From the NCBI GenBank assembly GCA_963692915.1, contig OY843584.1, forward strand, positions 1,472,001 to 1,536,000: a stretch of DNA of 64,000 nucleotides, written 5' to 3'. Source of the stretch: Cenarchaeum sp. (GTDB lineage: Archaea > Thermoproteota > Nitrososphaeria > Nitrososphaerales > Nitrosopumilaceae). The translations under genes and the position numbers were made by a program. The notes below the pieces were generated by a model. That model saw only the letters and a program-made list of their open reading frames with translations. It made no database searches and was not told the DNA's origin. Positions 20,237 through 30,501 of the stretch are shown here, piece after piece. Positions within the stretch are counted from its first letter, which is position 1. Each line of letters starts with the position of its first letter.

Positions 20237-20465
20237 GCCGCGCACTGGCCTGACACCGGCAACGCCAAAAGCTCGTGAGTATTATCACGCAGAGATCGGT
20301 GGTCACCTCTATCACATTTTAGAAACGGGACGACGGTGCGGCTATACAACCGCAGCCGCCACCTCTGGGGCGATCCTCCGCTATAAACTCACCATGCATT
20401 AAGTAGCGAGTGGAGAACAATAAACTATTTGATCAAGTTTAGGAGTGAGATCACCATCTTTTGCT

Positions 20466-21488
20466 CTATTTTACGATCTTGAGAATGTCGTCGAGTGTTT
20501 GCTCAATATTTTTAAGCAAGCTAGTCTCTAGCTCTTTAGTGTCATTTTCTATATCTTTGCATTTTTTGAATGCCTTGATAATATCATACTGCGCCGTGGT
20601 GCATAATTCTTCAATTTTTACGATGTTTACCTCCATTGGCGCTGTCTTTTTGGCTGCCATTTTTATGCGAGCTATCTGGCAAACGACTTTTAAGATTTCT
20701 GGTAACGGCACACCATTATTTTCCATACCATATGCGATGTACGGCCCTCGTAGAATGCCAATCGTGTCGATCTCTTTCGGCAGAGTTGTGATGTCTTTTG
20801 CTATAAACACACCAAATTCTGCATCATGGTTTTTGACAGCTCCAGAGATCTCGTTAGTGGCTTCCTTAAATGTTATCTTTTTTTGATTCCCTTTCTGATT
20901 GGGCTCCGCTCCTTTTTTGACCTCGAACACAACTCTGCCTTCTTTGAAATCGATTATAAAGTCACCCTTGGTGTCAATCTTTCCTGTCTTCCTACTTACG
21001 TCTTCAAATGGCACAACTTCAAAACTGGCAATTTCTCTGATCAGGCAACCAACATTCTCTTGATAAGATAAACCAGCCAAACCCGTCTTCGATTTTATTC
21101 GCTCCATTTCTCTTTCCTTGATTATATTGCTCTCGACTTTATCAATTAAATTCTTAATAGCTTCTGTACTTACATCTAGATTCCCCTTAACAGCCGTTTC
21201 ACCATCAATTATGGATTGCACAATCATGTTTTTTGCTTTTTCTATACTCATTTCCATGTCCGCTGTGTGTAATTTCACTGTTTTACCTAGGCTGTCTATT
21301 TTTGCTCTGTCTCCCGCTATGTCGGTTGCAAACAGATGTTGTTCTATTGCACGTTCTACAAACTTAACACGCTCATCAGCCTTGATTTCATTGATAGCCC
21401 TAGCGATTTTTTCATTATTGATTACCACATTGTCAAAAAACACTTTACTGCCCTCAACAGTTACCGTCGCCAACACCACACGTCTCAA
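20466..21488 (-). CDS. AT-rich coiled-coil + PD-(D/E)xK nuclease-like protein (RmuC/DUF2130-like)
   Basis: GL.YQE...KGDFII....VVFEVK motif after a coiled coil; markedly AT-rich compared with flanks. Confidence 0.6.
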   Translation of the reverse strand: MRRVVLATVTVEGSKVFFDNVVINNEKIARAINEIKADERVKFVERAIEQHLFATDIAGDRAKIDSLGKTVKLHTADMEMSIEKAKNMIVQSIIDGETAVKGNLDVSTEAIKNLIDKVESNIIKEREMERIKSKTGLAGLSYQENVGCLIREIASFEVVPFEDVSRKTGKIDTKGDFIIDFKEGRVVFEVKKGAEPNQKGNQKKITFKEATNEISGAVKNHDAEFGVFIAKDITTLPKEIDTIGILRGPYIAYGMENNGVPLPEILKVVCQIARIKMAAKKTAPMEVNIVKIEELCTTAQYDIIKAFKKCKDIENDTKELETSLLKNIEQTLDDILKIVK

Positions 21489-21602
21489 TACTGTGGATTA
21501 TAAGGCTTGCTTGAACCGTCACGCCGTCTCTCATACCTGCATTCTGTACCGTCACACCGACTCTTCTCACCTAGTCCGCAAGGGAGACAGCAACCAAGTC
21601 CG

Positions 21603-22118
21603 TTATTTTCGCTTGCTGCGGCCAACATACGCCAAAACCGCGCATATCGTCTTTGAGTCCTGTATCTTGCCGGAGAGGATCATCTTGACGAGCCTGTCAA
21701 GGTCCATCTTTACGACTGTGATAAACTCGTCATTGTCTGGGTCGATCTCGGCGACCTTTACGGCACGCCGTGCCAGATAGCAGTGTATGACCTCCATGTT
21801 GTAGCCTATTGAGGGATAGTACGCAATCAGGCGCGAGAGGCGCCCGGACCTGTGCCCTGTCTCCTCCATGAGCTCGCGCGAGGCGCACGCGCGAGGGTTC
21901 TCACCGCGCTCTAGCGTGCCGGCCGGTATCTCTAGGACATACCCGTGAGGAAAGCGGTGCTGCCTTACCAGGACCACCTTGCCGTCCTCATCAAAGGCCA
22001 GGACAGCGGCTGCCCCGCCATGCTCTATAATCTCGCGCCGCACGCGCCTTCCCTCCACCGTTATGTCGTGAACGGTGAGGCCGACCATCTTGCCCCTGTA
22101 TACCGTCCTCTTTGCCAT
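21603..22118 (-). CDS. NUDIX hydrolase (ADP-ribose pyrophosphatase-like)
   Basis: Nudix box AGTLERGENPRACASRELMEETG. Confidence 0.9.
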   Translation of the reverse strand: MAKRTVYRGKMVGLTVHDITVEGRRVRREIIEHGGAAAVLAFDEDGKVVLVRQHRFPHGYVLEIPAGTLERGENPRACASRELMEETGHRSGRLSRLIAYYPSIGYNMEVIHCYLARRAVKVAEIDPDNDEFITVVKMDLDRLVKMILSGKIQDSKTICAVLAYVGRSKRK

Positions 22119-23027
22119 TCACTGCGCACCTGCCATCGGCGCTATGTGGAGCGTCGGGGACTCTATTGCCTCGCGAAGGGCCGGCTCTGTCCATTCCTGC
22201 AGAAAGAGCATCCTCTTTGGTATGAACAGGTCTGCCGAGACGACGCCGTCAGCATCGCGAACCGCCTGCGTCAGGCCGTCAAGGCCATAGATGCTCTCAC
22301 TCTGCAAGAACAGCACTATCTGGTTTGTCGTGAGTATCGGATCCTGCATAAAGTGCTCACCGAGCAGCTCGCGCAGCCTGACTGCGGCCTCGGCCGGCTC
22401 GTCACTCACGCCGGCGAGTATGACGTGCGGTATGTATGGCGCGGCCTTCATTGGGTCATAGACTGCCATAAACTGGACAGACCTGTCCTCGCGAAGCTTT
22501 TCGATCGAGCGCGTGACTGTCTTAGACGAGAATCCGGTTGCGTCAGCGACAGTCTCGACTGCGGCCCTGGGATCCTCCATGAGGGCCGCCATTATCGCAA
22601 GGTCGGTTCTAGTCAGGCGCGCGCGGTACGACGGCGTCTCGGCCTCAAATATCGTCAAGAGGCGCATGTCGCGCCAGAGCTCGCGCGCAAGGCGTATCTT
22701 TTCTTGCACGTCGCCAGTCACGGCAACCCCGCAGACCGTTATGCCGCCGACGCACGGAACGACGACAAAGGGCTCGCCGACTAGCCTGACCTGCGACATT
22801 ATCGCATCAGTGTCCTGTCCCGAAACTGCGGCAAAAAAGACGCCGCGGCCCAGGGCCGGCGGCTCGACCTTTAGCGTATAGCGCAGGATGAGCCCGTTGC
22901 GCTCCATCCTCTCAACTCTTGAGCGAACCGCGCCGCCGGAGAGGCCGACGCGCAGGCCGACCTGCCTGTCCGGCATCCTGCAGTCGTTGAGGAGGCACGA
23001 GAGGACCCCCATGTCCATGCTGTCCAT
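22119..23027 (-). CDS. Lrp/AsnC-family transcriptional regulator with two wHTH modules
   Basis: Two Lrp-type HTH segments (D...LL.DCR and TDLAIM..L.EDPR); start codon uncertain. Confidence 0.75.
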   Translation of the reverse strand: MDSMDMGVLSCLLNDCRMPDRQVGLRVGLSGGAVRSRVERMERNGLILRYTLKVEPPALGRGVFFAAVSGQDTDAIMSQVRLVGEPFVVVPCVGGITVCGVAVTGDVQEKIRLARELWRDMRLLTIFEAETPSYRARLTRTDLAIMAALMEDPRAAVETVADATGFSSKTVTRSIEKLREDRSVQFMAVYDPMKAAPYIPHVILAGVSDEPAEAAVRLRELLGEHFMQDPILTTNQIVLFLQSESIYGLDGLTQAVRDADGVVSADLFIPKRMLFLQEWTEPALREAIESPTLHIAPMAGAQ

Positions 23028-23143
23028 ATGTGATGTCAGGTGGTCATTTAGGTCATATTTTAGACTTTTTATACCTAGAATTGTCCCAACCATGCCGCAG
23101 GTATGGGAAACACCTTAAATATAAGACGCTTTTATCCTATCGC

Positions 23144-24331
23144 ATGGACTATCGCGTGCGCCTCGCGCTTCGCATGCTGACGAGCCGCAGGGGCAGCATG
23201 ATCGGGGCGATCCTAGCCATCACCGTGGGCATCCTAGTCATACACGTCAACTTTGTCATATTCCAGGGCCTCTATGACGCGTTTGTGCGCGACATGAAGG
23301 CATACCAGTTTGGCGACATTTACGTGACCAACGAGGAGGACTATATCGACAAGTCTGACTCGCTCCTAGTCGGATGGTTTGAGCGCCTTCCGCAGGTCTC
23401 GGCGGCGGCCCCACGGCTAGGCTCGTCGGCATCGGTAAACGCGACTGGGACGGGCATGCGCTATGAGGAGTTTGGCATACCCATAGTCGGCGTCGACCCG
23501 CGCTATGACATGCGCGCATCGGCAATGCACGAGACTGTGACTGAGGGCCAGTACGTCACGTCACGCTCGTCGATGGTCATCGGCGCCTCTGTTGCGCGCG
23601 ACCTTGGCGGCCTGCAGATCGGCGACAACATCCGCATAAAGATAGTCGACCGTTGGGGCATTGACCAGTTTAGGCGGTTCACGATCAGCGGAATATCCGA
23701 GTCCGCCGGCGGGGCCGGCATGGACATGAGCCTCATAATGCACATCGACACGCTGCGCGACATACTCGATCGCAAGGACGCGAGCGGCTCGATGATAGTA
23801 AGGCTCAACGAGCCCCTTGAGGCAGCGAACGTGCGCGACTTGTTCCTTGCGTCATTTTCCGCTGATGACTTTAAGGCCGAGACCATTGAAGAGGCAGCCG
23901 AGTCGCAGCTTGCCGGATTCCGCTCTGGCATTGCGATGATCAACATGATCGGCCTCTTTGGAATGATGTCCGCCGCATTTGCGATCGTGACGATACAGAT
24001 GATGATAGTGAGCGGCAAGACGCGCGAGATTGGCATAATGCGCGCCATTGGCGCTCGCCGCAAGGACATACTCGTCATCTTTATCGCACAGGGCATGATC
24101 ATGGGGGCCGTGGGCGCGGCGACTGGCACCGCAGTGGGCCTCGGCTATACGGTATACGCAAAGGAGACAAAGATGAGCTTTTCAGGGAGCATTGCCCTAG
24201 AGGTGACCTACAACTGGGCCGCCATTGGGCGCACGGCACTACTCGCCTTTGGGCTAGCGGTGATTGCCTCAATATACCCGTCGTACAAGGCCACCAAGCT
24301 CCTGCCAGTGGAGGCGATGCGCTATGGCTGA
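23144..24331 (+). CDS. ABC transporter permease (MacB/FtsX/LolE type)
   Basis: KTREIGIMRAIGA and YPSYKA..L.PVEAMR motifs. Confidence 0.9.
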   Translation: MDYRVRLALRMLTSRRGSMIGAILAITVGILVIHVNFVIFQGLYDAFVRDMKAYQFGDIYVTNEEDYIDKSDSLLVGWFERLPQVSAAAPRLGSSASVNATGTGMRYEEFGIPIVGVDPRYDMRASAMHETVTEGQYVTSRSSMVIGASVARDLGGLQIGDNIRIKIVDRWGIDQFRRFTISGISESAGGAGMDMSLIMHIDTLRDILDRKDASGSMIVRLNEPLEAANVRDLFLASFSADDFKAETIEEAAESQLAGFRSGIAMINMIGLFGMMSAAFAIVTIQMMIVSGKTREIGIMRAIGARRKDILVIFIAQGMIMGAVGAATGTAVGLGYTVYAKETKMSFSGSIALEVTYNWAAIGRTALLAFGLAVIASIYPSYKATKLLPVEAMRYG

Positions 24332-25019
24332 GGCGGTCCTTGAGATAAGCGGCCTCTCAAAGGTCTACGGCGCGGGCAAGGCCGGAGTCATCCAGACGCG
24401 CGCGCTGCGCGATGTCTCACTCACCGTCATGCGCGGCGAGTTTCTCCTCATTGTGGGCAGCTCGGGCTCGGGCAAGTCCACGCTGCTCAACATGATCGGC
24501 CTCCTGGACCGGCCCACGACGGGCAGCATAAAGATAGACGGCGTCGAGACCTCTGGCCTGACTGACGGCGAGCTCTCGTCGTTTCGCAGCTCGCGCCTCG
24601 GCTTTGTCTTCCAGTTCTCAAACCTCCTTGCCGAGCTGAGCGTGATTGAGAACGTCGAGCTGCCCCAAAAGATACTCGGTGATGCGCCTGCCGGCGCGTC
24701 GAGTGCGGCAAAGCTCCTAGAGGCCGTCGACATGCGCGATCAGATGCACAAGCGGGCCAATGCGATATCCGGCGGGCAGGCCCAGCGGGCCGCCATTGCG
24801 CGCGGCCTCATCAACCGCCCTGCGCTCGTCCTCGCCGACGAGCCCACCGGCAACCTCGATTCCAAGACTGCGTCAACGACTATCGACCTAATGAAGTCCA
24901 TGGCACGCGAGATGGGCCAGACGTTTGTCATAGTGACGCATGACAGGCACCAGTTCGGCGACGTCGACAGGGTCATATCGATAAAGGACGGCATGGCGCA
25001 CGAGGGTGATCTCGAGTGA
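24324..25019 (+). CDS. ABC transporter ATP-binding protein (LolD-like)
   Basis: GSSGSGKS, ISGGQ and ADEPTGNLD motifs. Confidence 0.93.
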   Translation: MAEAVLEISGLSKVYGAGKAGVIQTRALRDVSLTVMRGEFLLIVGSSGSGKSTLLNMIGLLDRPTTGSIKIDGVETSGLTDGELSSFRSSRLGFVFQFSNLLAELSVIENVELPQKILGDAPAGASSAAKLLEAVDMRDQMHKRANAISGGQAQRAAIARGLINRPALVLADEPTGNLDSKTASTTIDLMKSMAREMGQTFVIVTHDRHQFGDVDRVISIKDGMAHEGDLE

Positions 25020-26314
25020 GCGCGCCCATGTTCGTCGCCGTGGCCATCGTGGCAGCAGCGCTTGGCGCATGCACGGCTGCCCCGCTCGTGCTGCCCGAGG
25101 CCGACGCGCAGACGCCGTCTCCCTTTGATCGCAAGTTTGGCGGCATACGCTACCTTGATGCCTACTTTGGCCTTCCGTCCGCAAAGATGGAGGTTCGGCC
25201 AGGTGATGCCAACGTGCCAATCACAGTCGCAGTCGCCAACGTGGGCACGCATGACATCACGGGAATACGCGGCCAGCTCGCACTCCCCCTGGCCCTGAGC
25301 GCGCATGACGGCTCGCGCGCGGCAATTGCCGACGCCGAGGACAATGCCAACGCCGGCGAGACGTTCTACCTGACGTTCTATGTCAATGTCAGCCCACAGG
25401 CAACCATCGACGAGCATCCTGCGACGGTAAGGGTGGACTATTCGCGCATTCGCGAGTCCGGAACGCGCAACGAGTTCTTTGAGTTTAACATTGACGTGAC
25501 TGGCGACAGTGTCATAAACGCAAGCGCGCGCGACTCGTTCATCACGTCGCTTCGCGAGAACAGCGTTATCATTGACGTCTCGAACTCGGGAACTGCGCAG
25601 GTTTCTGGAGTCGAGGTGATTGCGTCTAGCACACAGGTCGACTCGGCCCAGTCAATGACGAACATCGACAATGTCGTCATACGCGAGTCGAGCTGGGATC
25701 TCGGCAACATCGGTCCCGGCGAGTCACGCGCACTCGAGGCGCACGTGTACGTCCCCGGCTCGCTCAGCGGTGACGTCCTGCGCGTCCCGCTCGCAATATC
25801 GTACATCAACGCGCAGGGCGACTCGCAGTCAATCACTCGCATCGCCGACCTCTACGTGCGCGGCCTCATCGACGCGCGCATATACGACGTGCGGGTTGCG
25901 GATCTTGGGGGCCGCCCGACCATAGTCGGCGACGTCATAAACGAGGGCAACGAGGATGCGCTCTTTGGCTTTGCGTCCCTTGTGCCGCTTGGCGGCTCAA
26001 ACCTTGCCGCCTCGATACAGTTTATAGACGAGATCGAGACTGACTCGCCCGTGCCATTTAGCATGCCCGTCGAGTTTGAGGGCGAGGCGCGCTATGGCGA
26101 GCATGACATCCGAATCGACGTGCGCTTCAAGGACTCGACGCGCGAGGAGACGATCATATCGTACGAGACGACTGTGGTCATACCCGAGCCAGTCGTCGAG
26201 GAGGACAACACGTCCAACATGCTCGCGCTCCTCCTCGCCGCACCCGTGGCCGTGGGTGCGGTCGTCCTCGTGCGCCGGCGCAGGCGCGCGCGCCACACGC
26301 CTGACATGCAATGA
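25016..26314 (+). CDS. COG1361-like S-layer/Ig-domain membrane protein
   Basis: Signal peptide, repeated beta domains with N.G motifs, C-terminal TM + RRRRR; in operon with the ABC pair. Confidence 0.7.
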   Translation: MSAPMFVAVAIVAAALGACTAAPLVLPEADAQTPSPFDRKFGGIRYLDAYFGLPSAKMEVRPGDANVPITVAVANVGTHDITGIRGQLALPLALSAHDGSRAAIADAEDNANAGETFYLTFYVNVSPQATIDEHPATVRVDYSRIRESGTRNEFFEFNIDVTGDSVINASARDSFITSLRENSVIIDVSNSGTAQVSGVEVIASSTQVDSAQSMTNIDNVVIRESSWDLGNIGPGESRALEAHVYVPGSLSGDVLRVPLAISYINAQGDSQSITRIADLYVRGLIDARIYDVRVADLGGRPTIVGDVINEGNEDALFGFASLVPLGGSNLAASIQFIDEIETDSPVPFSMPVEFEGEARYGEHDIRIDVRFKDSTREETIISYETTVVIPEPVVEEDNTSNMLALLLAAPVAVGAVVLVRRRRRARHTPDMQ

Positions 26315-26345
26315 TTATATCCCAAAGGGCCGCGCCTCGCGCCCA

Positions 26346-26642
26346 ATGTCTGGCGACGAGATAGATGTCCCACTAGATGTCCGCGAGGACCTGCCGTCCT
26401 GGGTCGAGGAGACTCGCCTCGGCGACAGGCGCGGGGCCATCGCGCAGTACCGCTATGGCAACCTCCACATACGCCGCTACGCCGACAGGTACACCGTGCA
26501 TGTCGATCACGCCGACCCGCGCCGTGACCCCGTGGGCCACATTGTCCATGACGCCCCAGAGGTTGTTGCCGGAGCAATCGCCGCGCCGATCCTCGGATAT
26601 GCCACATACCTCATCGCAAAGTGGCTGCGGGACAGGTCATGA
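26346..26642 (+). CDS. Conserved archaeal hypothetical membrane protein
   Basis: GAIAQYR..NLHIR and H.D..DPR.DP..H...DAPE motifs; TTATAT box upstream. Confidence 0.65.
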   Translation: MSGDEIDVPLDVREDLPSWVEETRLGDRRGAIAQYRYGNLHIRRYADRYTVHVDHADPRRDPVGHIVHDAPEVVAGAIAAPILGYATYLIAKWLRDRS

Positions 26643-28192
26643 TTCTGCGCGTGCGCTCTTTGCGTGTCCTGCTCAAGCTTGCGCCGTCAGTCATCGCGCT
26701 TCGCTCTGATCGCAAAAAGTGGCTAAAAAAGGAGAACACCGAGTCAGACATGGAGCGCTATCGCCGCAATGCGCAGCGTGTCCTCGACGCGTTCATCGAC
26801 CTCGGACCAGTCTACATAAAGCTCGGCCAGTGGCTCTCGGCGCGCGCTGACATACTGCCAAAGCCGTACATGGATGTCCTCTCGCGCCTCCAGGACGACG
26901 TGCCGGCAGCCCCGTTCAGCGAGGTTCTCCCCGAGATCGAGCGCGAGCTCGGGCCAGTTGATGAGGCCTTTGATGAGATATCGCATGAGGCGATCTCGGG
27001 CGCGTCCCTTGGCCAGGTGTACCGCGCGCGCCTGCGCGGCCAGGACGTCGTCGTAAAGGTTCGCCGGCCGGGAATAGAGCGCGCCGTGCGCGAGGACCTT
27101 CGCGACGTAAAGGCGCTTCTTCCGGCCGCACTGCGCTTTATCAACTCAAACCTGGGCATCACCGTAAAGGCAATGTTTGCGCAATTTGTCGAGACGATAC
27201 ACGAGGAGATGGACTATGGCGTCGAGCTCGAGAACCTGCGCTCAATACGCAAGAGCCTGGCCCACAGCCGCGGCGTCATCATGCCCGCCGTCCACGAGGA
27301 CCGCTCAACGAGCGCAATACTGACAATGGAGTACATACCAGGCACAAAGGTGACTGATATCGACGCCCTCGATGCCATGGGCATAGACCGCGAGAGGCTA
27401 GTCATAGACATACACAAGCTCTTCTTTCTCATGCTCCTGCGCCACCCCGTGTTTCACGCCGACCCGCACCCCGGCAACCTCTCTGTGGCGCCGGACGGGC
27501 GGATTATACTCTACGACTATGGCATGGTGGGCCGGCTAGATGACGAGACGCGCCTTAGGCTCATACGCCTCTATGCGGCCCTCTCTGACAAGAACGCCGC
27601 ACGCGCAGTGACGGCAATGGACGACCTTGGCATGCTCGTTCCTGACTATAACCGCCGCGTCATCGAGCAGGCCATAGCGCTGAGCATCAGGTCGATGCAT
27701 GGCCGGCGCGCAAGCGAGCTAGAGGTCAACATACTCGTCGACCTTGTCAACCGCACAATGGGCAACTTTCCGTTTCTCCTGCCAAAGCACCTGTCGCTCT
27801 ACATGAGAATGGCGACGCTCCTTGAGGGCATCTACAAGACGCATGGCGTAAAGTTCACGTTCATGGCGGTCCTCAAGGAGATACTCGAAGAGGAGCACAT
27901 GCTCGAGGACGCATACGTCTCGGAGATACGCTCGGGCATCGCGCGCCTCATCACATCTGTTGGCGATGTCGTCGAGCTCGCCCCGGAGATGCGGCGATTT
28001 CTTGATGACGCAAAGTCAGAGCGCGCCCGGCCCGCGAGATCCGGAACGCTCCTGCCGGGCAGCATCCTGGCAGCATCAACATTTATCGGCTCTGCGGTGA
28101 TATACGCGTCTGGCTCGGCTGCTGCCGGCGCAGTTGGCATGATGGCATCGATTGGAATAATTGCCGCATTTGTCCTGCTCGGAAGGCGCTAG
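26639..28192 (+). CDS. AarF/UbiB/ABC1 kinase family protein
   Basis: LGPVYIKLGQ, ASLGQVY, VKV and FHADPHPGN motifs. Confidence 0.92.
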   Translation: MILRVRSLRVLLKLAPSVIALRSDRKKWLKKENTESDMERYRRNAQRVLDAFIDLGPVYIKLGQWLSARADILPKPYMDVLSRLQDDVPAAPFSEVLPEIERELGPVDEAFDEISHEAISGASLGQVYRARLRGQDVVVKVRRPGIERAVREDLRDVKALLPAALRFINSNLGITVKAMFAQFVETIHEEMDYGVELENLRSIRKSLAHSRGVIMPAVHEDRSTSAILTMEYIPGTKVTDIDALDAMGIDRERLVIDIHKLFFLMLLRHPVFHADPHPGNLSVAPDGRIILYDYGMVGRLDDETRLRLIRLYAALSDKNAARAVTAMDDLGMLVPDYNRRVIEQAIALSIRSMHGRRASELEVNILVDLVNRTMGNFPFLLPKHLSLYMRMATLLEGIYKTHGVKFTFMAVLKEILEEEHMLEDAYVSEIRSGIARLITSVGDVVELAPEMRRFLDDAKSERARPARSGTLLPGSILAASTFIGSAVIYASGSAAAGAVGMMASIGIIAAFVLLGRR

Positions 28193-28193
28193 C

Positions 28194-28586
28194 CTACTGT
28201 ATCGGTATGCTCGTCCCGCGCCGCTCGCGCGGAACGGTGACAGTCAGGACGCCTTCCTCACAGCGCGCCGAGCTGACCGACTCGGCAATGTCCTCGGCCC
28301 CTAGCGGGAGGCGTATCCTCTTGTCGACTAGGAGCGGCCTCTGCGCGCAGACAATGTCATCATCCTCGCCCTCGAGTCGTTCGCGCCGCGCGCGCACGAT
28401 CAGCGCGTTGCCATCAAGCCTAACCTCGATTGCGTCCTTTGGAAAGCCCGGCACGTCGACTGTGACGGTGATCTCGTGGCTCGACATTCGAATGTCAACG
28501 GCCGGCAGGACAAACTCGTAAAACTCGCGTGTCTTTGACCCAATCTCGCGCGAGACCTCGCGTGCGACCGTCTCCGTCATTCCCAT
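28194..28586 (-). CDS. Small heat shock protein (Hsp20)
   Basis: PAVDI, DVPGF and A...EGVLTVTVP alpha-crystallin motifs. Confidence 0.85.
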   Translation of the reverse strand: MGMTETVAREVSREIGSKTREFYEFVLPAVDIRMSSHEITVTVDVPGFPKDAIEVRLDGNALIVRARRERLEGEDDDIVCAQRPLLVDKRIRLPLGAEDIAESVSSARCEEGVLTVTVPRERRGTSIPIQ

Positions 28587-28687
28587 GGGGGCAGGTGCAG
28601 GCCAATTTGGTTATAAATCCTGCGCAGCGCGCGCGCTCGGGGCACCGCGCCCACACCATTTTAATCGCCCACGGCCCGCGCGCCGGC

Positions 28688-29269
28688 GTGATAGTCACGA
28701 TCGAGGGCGCAGACCAGGCAGGCAAGGGGACACAGGCCTCGATGCTCGCGCGCGCCCTGCGCAGGCGCGGCACGGGATGTGCGCTCTTTAGCCTGCCTGA
28801 CTATGCGACCCCCGTGGGCCGCGTTCTTGCCGGCCTCCTTGCCGGCCGGCGCGACGTGCGCCCGCAGCTCGTCCACACGCTCATGGCGGCCAACCGCTGG
28901 GAGATCCTCCCCAGAATGGAGCGCGCCCTAGAGTCCGGCCGGACCGTCATAATGGACCGCTATTACCACTCCAATGTGGCCTATGGCATGGCCAACGGCC
29001 TGCGTCGCGCGTGGCTCGAGTCCCTCGATGCCGGCCTCCCGAGAAGCGACATCGTCATACTCCTCGACTCGCACCACGCCGAGTCGTTTCGCCGCAAGTC
29101 GGCCAACCGCGACCGCTTTGAGCGCGACGCAGTCTTTCTCGGCAAGGTCTCGCGCATATACCGCCAGATGGCCCGCCGCGGCCGCTGGCCAACGCTTGAC
29201 GCAACTGCCCCGCGCGAGGAGATTCACGCGCGCATAATGGAGATCGTCTCGCGGAGGATGCGCGCGTGA
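28688..29269 (+). CDS. tmk: Thymidylate kinase
   Basis: IEGADQAGKGTQ and DRYYHSNVAYG motifs; GTG start. Confidence 0.92.
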   Translation: MIVTIEGADQAGKGTQASMLARALRRRGTGCALFSLPDYATPVGRVLAGLLAGRRDVRPQLVHTLMAANRWEILPRMERALESGRTVIMDRYYHSNVAYGMANGLRRAWLESLDAGLPRSDIVILLDSHHAESFRRKSANRDRFERDAVFLGKVSRIYRQMARRGRWPTLDATAPREEIHARIMEIVSRRMRA

Positions 29270-30501
29270 TCACCGAGATCATCGACCCAATCCACGGGTT
29301 TATCGAGGCGAGTCCGACGGAGATGCGCCTCATCGACGATCCCTCATTTCAGCGCCTTCGCCGGATAAACCAGCTCGCCGGCGCGCACCTTGTCTATCCG
29401 GGCGCGCGCCACGCGAGATTCGAGCACTCACTTGGCGCGATGCACATATCGGGCATGGCCGCCACGTCGCTAAAGAACCGCTCACAGATCACCGAGTCGC
29501 AGGGCAGCGCGCTTCGCCTTGCGGGACTGATCCACGACATTGGCCACGGGCCGTTCTCACACCTCTTTGAGTCAGTCATGCGCCGGCACCGTGGCCTCGG
29601 CGGCGCGTCACACGAGCAGATTGGAAGGCGAATACTCGAGGAGACCTCACTCGGCGACGCGCTGGGCCGCACGCGCCGCCGTGTCGCGGATCTCGCCTTT
29701 GGCGGCACAACGCCCTCGGCGCTCCCGGAGATAATCTCTGGCGTCATGGGGACCGACACGATGGACTATCTCTTGCGCGACGGCCATTTTACGGGCTCCG
29801 AGCACGCGCGCGTCGACCACCGCCGCCTCGTCGCCTCACTCGAGAGGCTTGGCAACAGGATGGGCCTTGCGCGCTCGGCACTCCACTCCTTTGAGTCAAT
29901 GATGCACTCGCGCCGCCAAATGTTCCGGACCGTCTACTTTCACCGCGCAGTCCGCGCCGCACAGTCGACGATGCTGCGCGCCTTTGACCTCGCCGCCGCC
30001 GAGCTCGGCCTCTCCTCGCTCACGCTAGAGGAGTATGTGGGCCTGACTGACGAGTCGACCATGGCGCTCCTCACGACGATGCGCCCTTCCACGCCGGCGG
30101 TCCGCGACGCGCAGCGCCTCGCCTTCGAGTACGCCTCACGTATGCTCCCAAAGTGCGTCCTCGACGTGCCGCTTGAGGATCGCGCCCCGGACACTGCCAA
30201 GATGGGCTCAGAGATAGCCGAGCGTGCCGGCGTCGCCGAAAATGCCGTCCTAGTCGACGTGACAGGCGTCTCCTCGATGCCACTGGGGGCCGGCGGGCGC
30301 TCGATGAGACACATCACGCTCGTCTCATCAGGCTCGCGTGGCACAAGGACTGCTGAGGACGTGCCGTTCTCGCGACTCCCGCTACTCGCCGCGCTCCTAG
30401 GCTCGATGGGGACGCTGCGCGTCTATGCGAGGAGCAACACAAAAAAGGTCGCCGATGCGGCCACCGCATCACACAGAAAATGGCAAGGAGAAAGCGCATA
30501 G
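29266..30501 (+). CDS. HD-domain dNTP triphosphohydrolase-like protein
   Basis: DPIHG, QRLR.I.QL, RFEHSLG, HDIGHGPFSH and DYL.RD motifs. Confidence 0.88.
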   Translation: MITEIIDPIHGFIEASPTEMRLIDDPSFQRLRRINQLAGAHLVYPGARHARFEHSLGAMHISGMAATSLKNRSQITESQGSALRLAGLIHDIGHGPFSHLFESVMRRHRGLGGASHEQIGRRILEETSLGDALGRTRRRVADLAFGGTTPSALPEIISGVMGTDTMDYLLRDGHFTGSEHARVDHRRLVASLERLGNRMGLARSALHSFESMMHSRRQMFRTVYFHRAVRAAQSTMLRAFDLAAAELGLSSLTLEEYVGLTDESTMALLTTMRPSTPAVRDAQRLAFEYASRMLPKCVLDVPLEDRAPDTAKMGSEIAERAGVAENAVLVDVTGVSSMPLGAGGRSMRHITLVSSGSRGTRTAEDVPFSRLPLLAALLGSMGTLRVYARSNTKKVADAATASHRKWQGESA

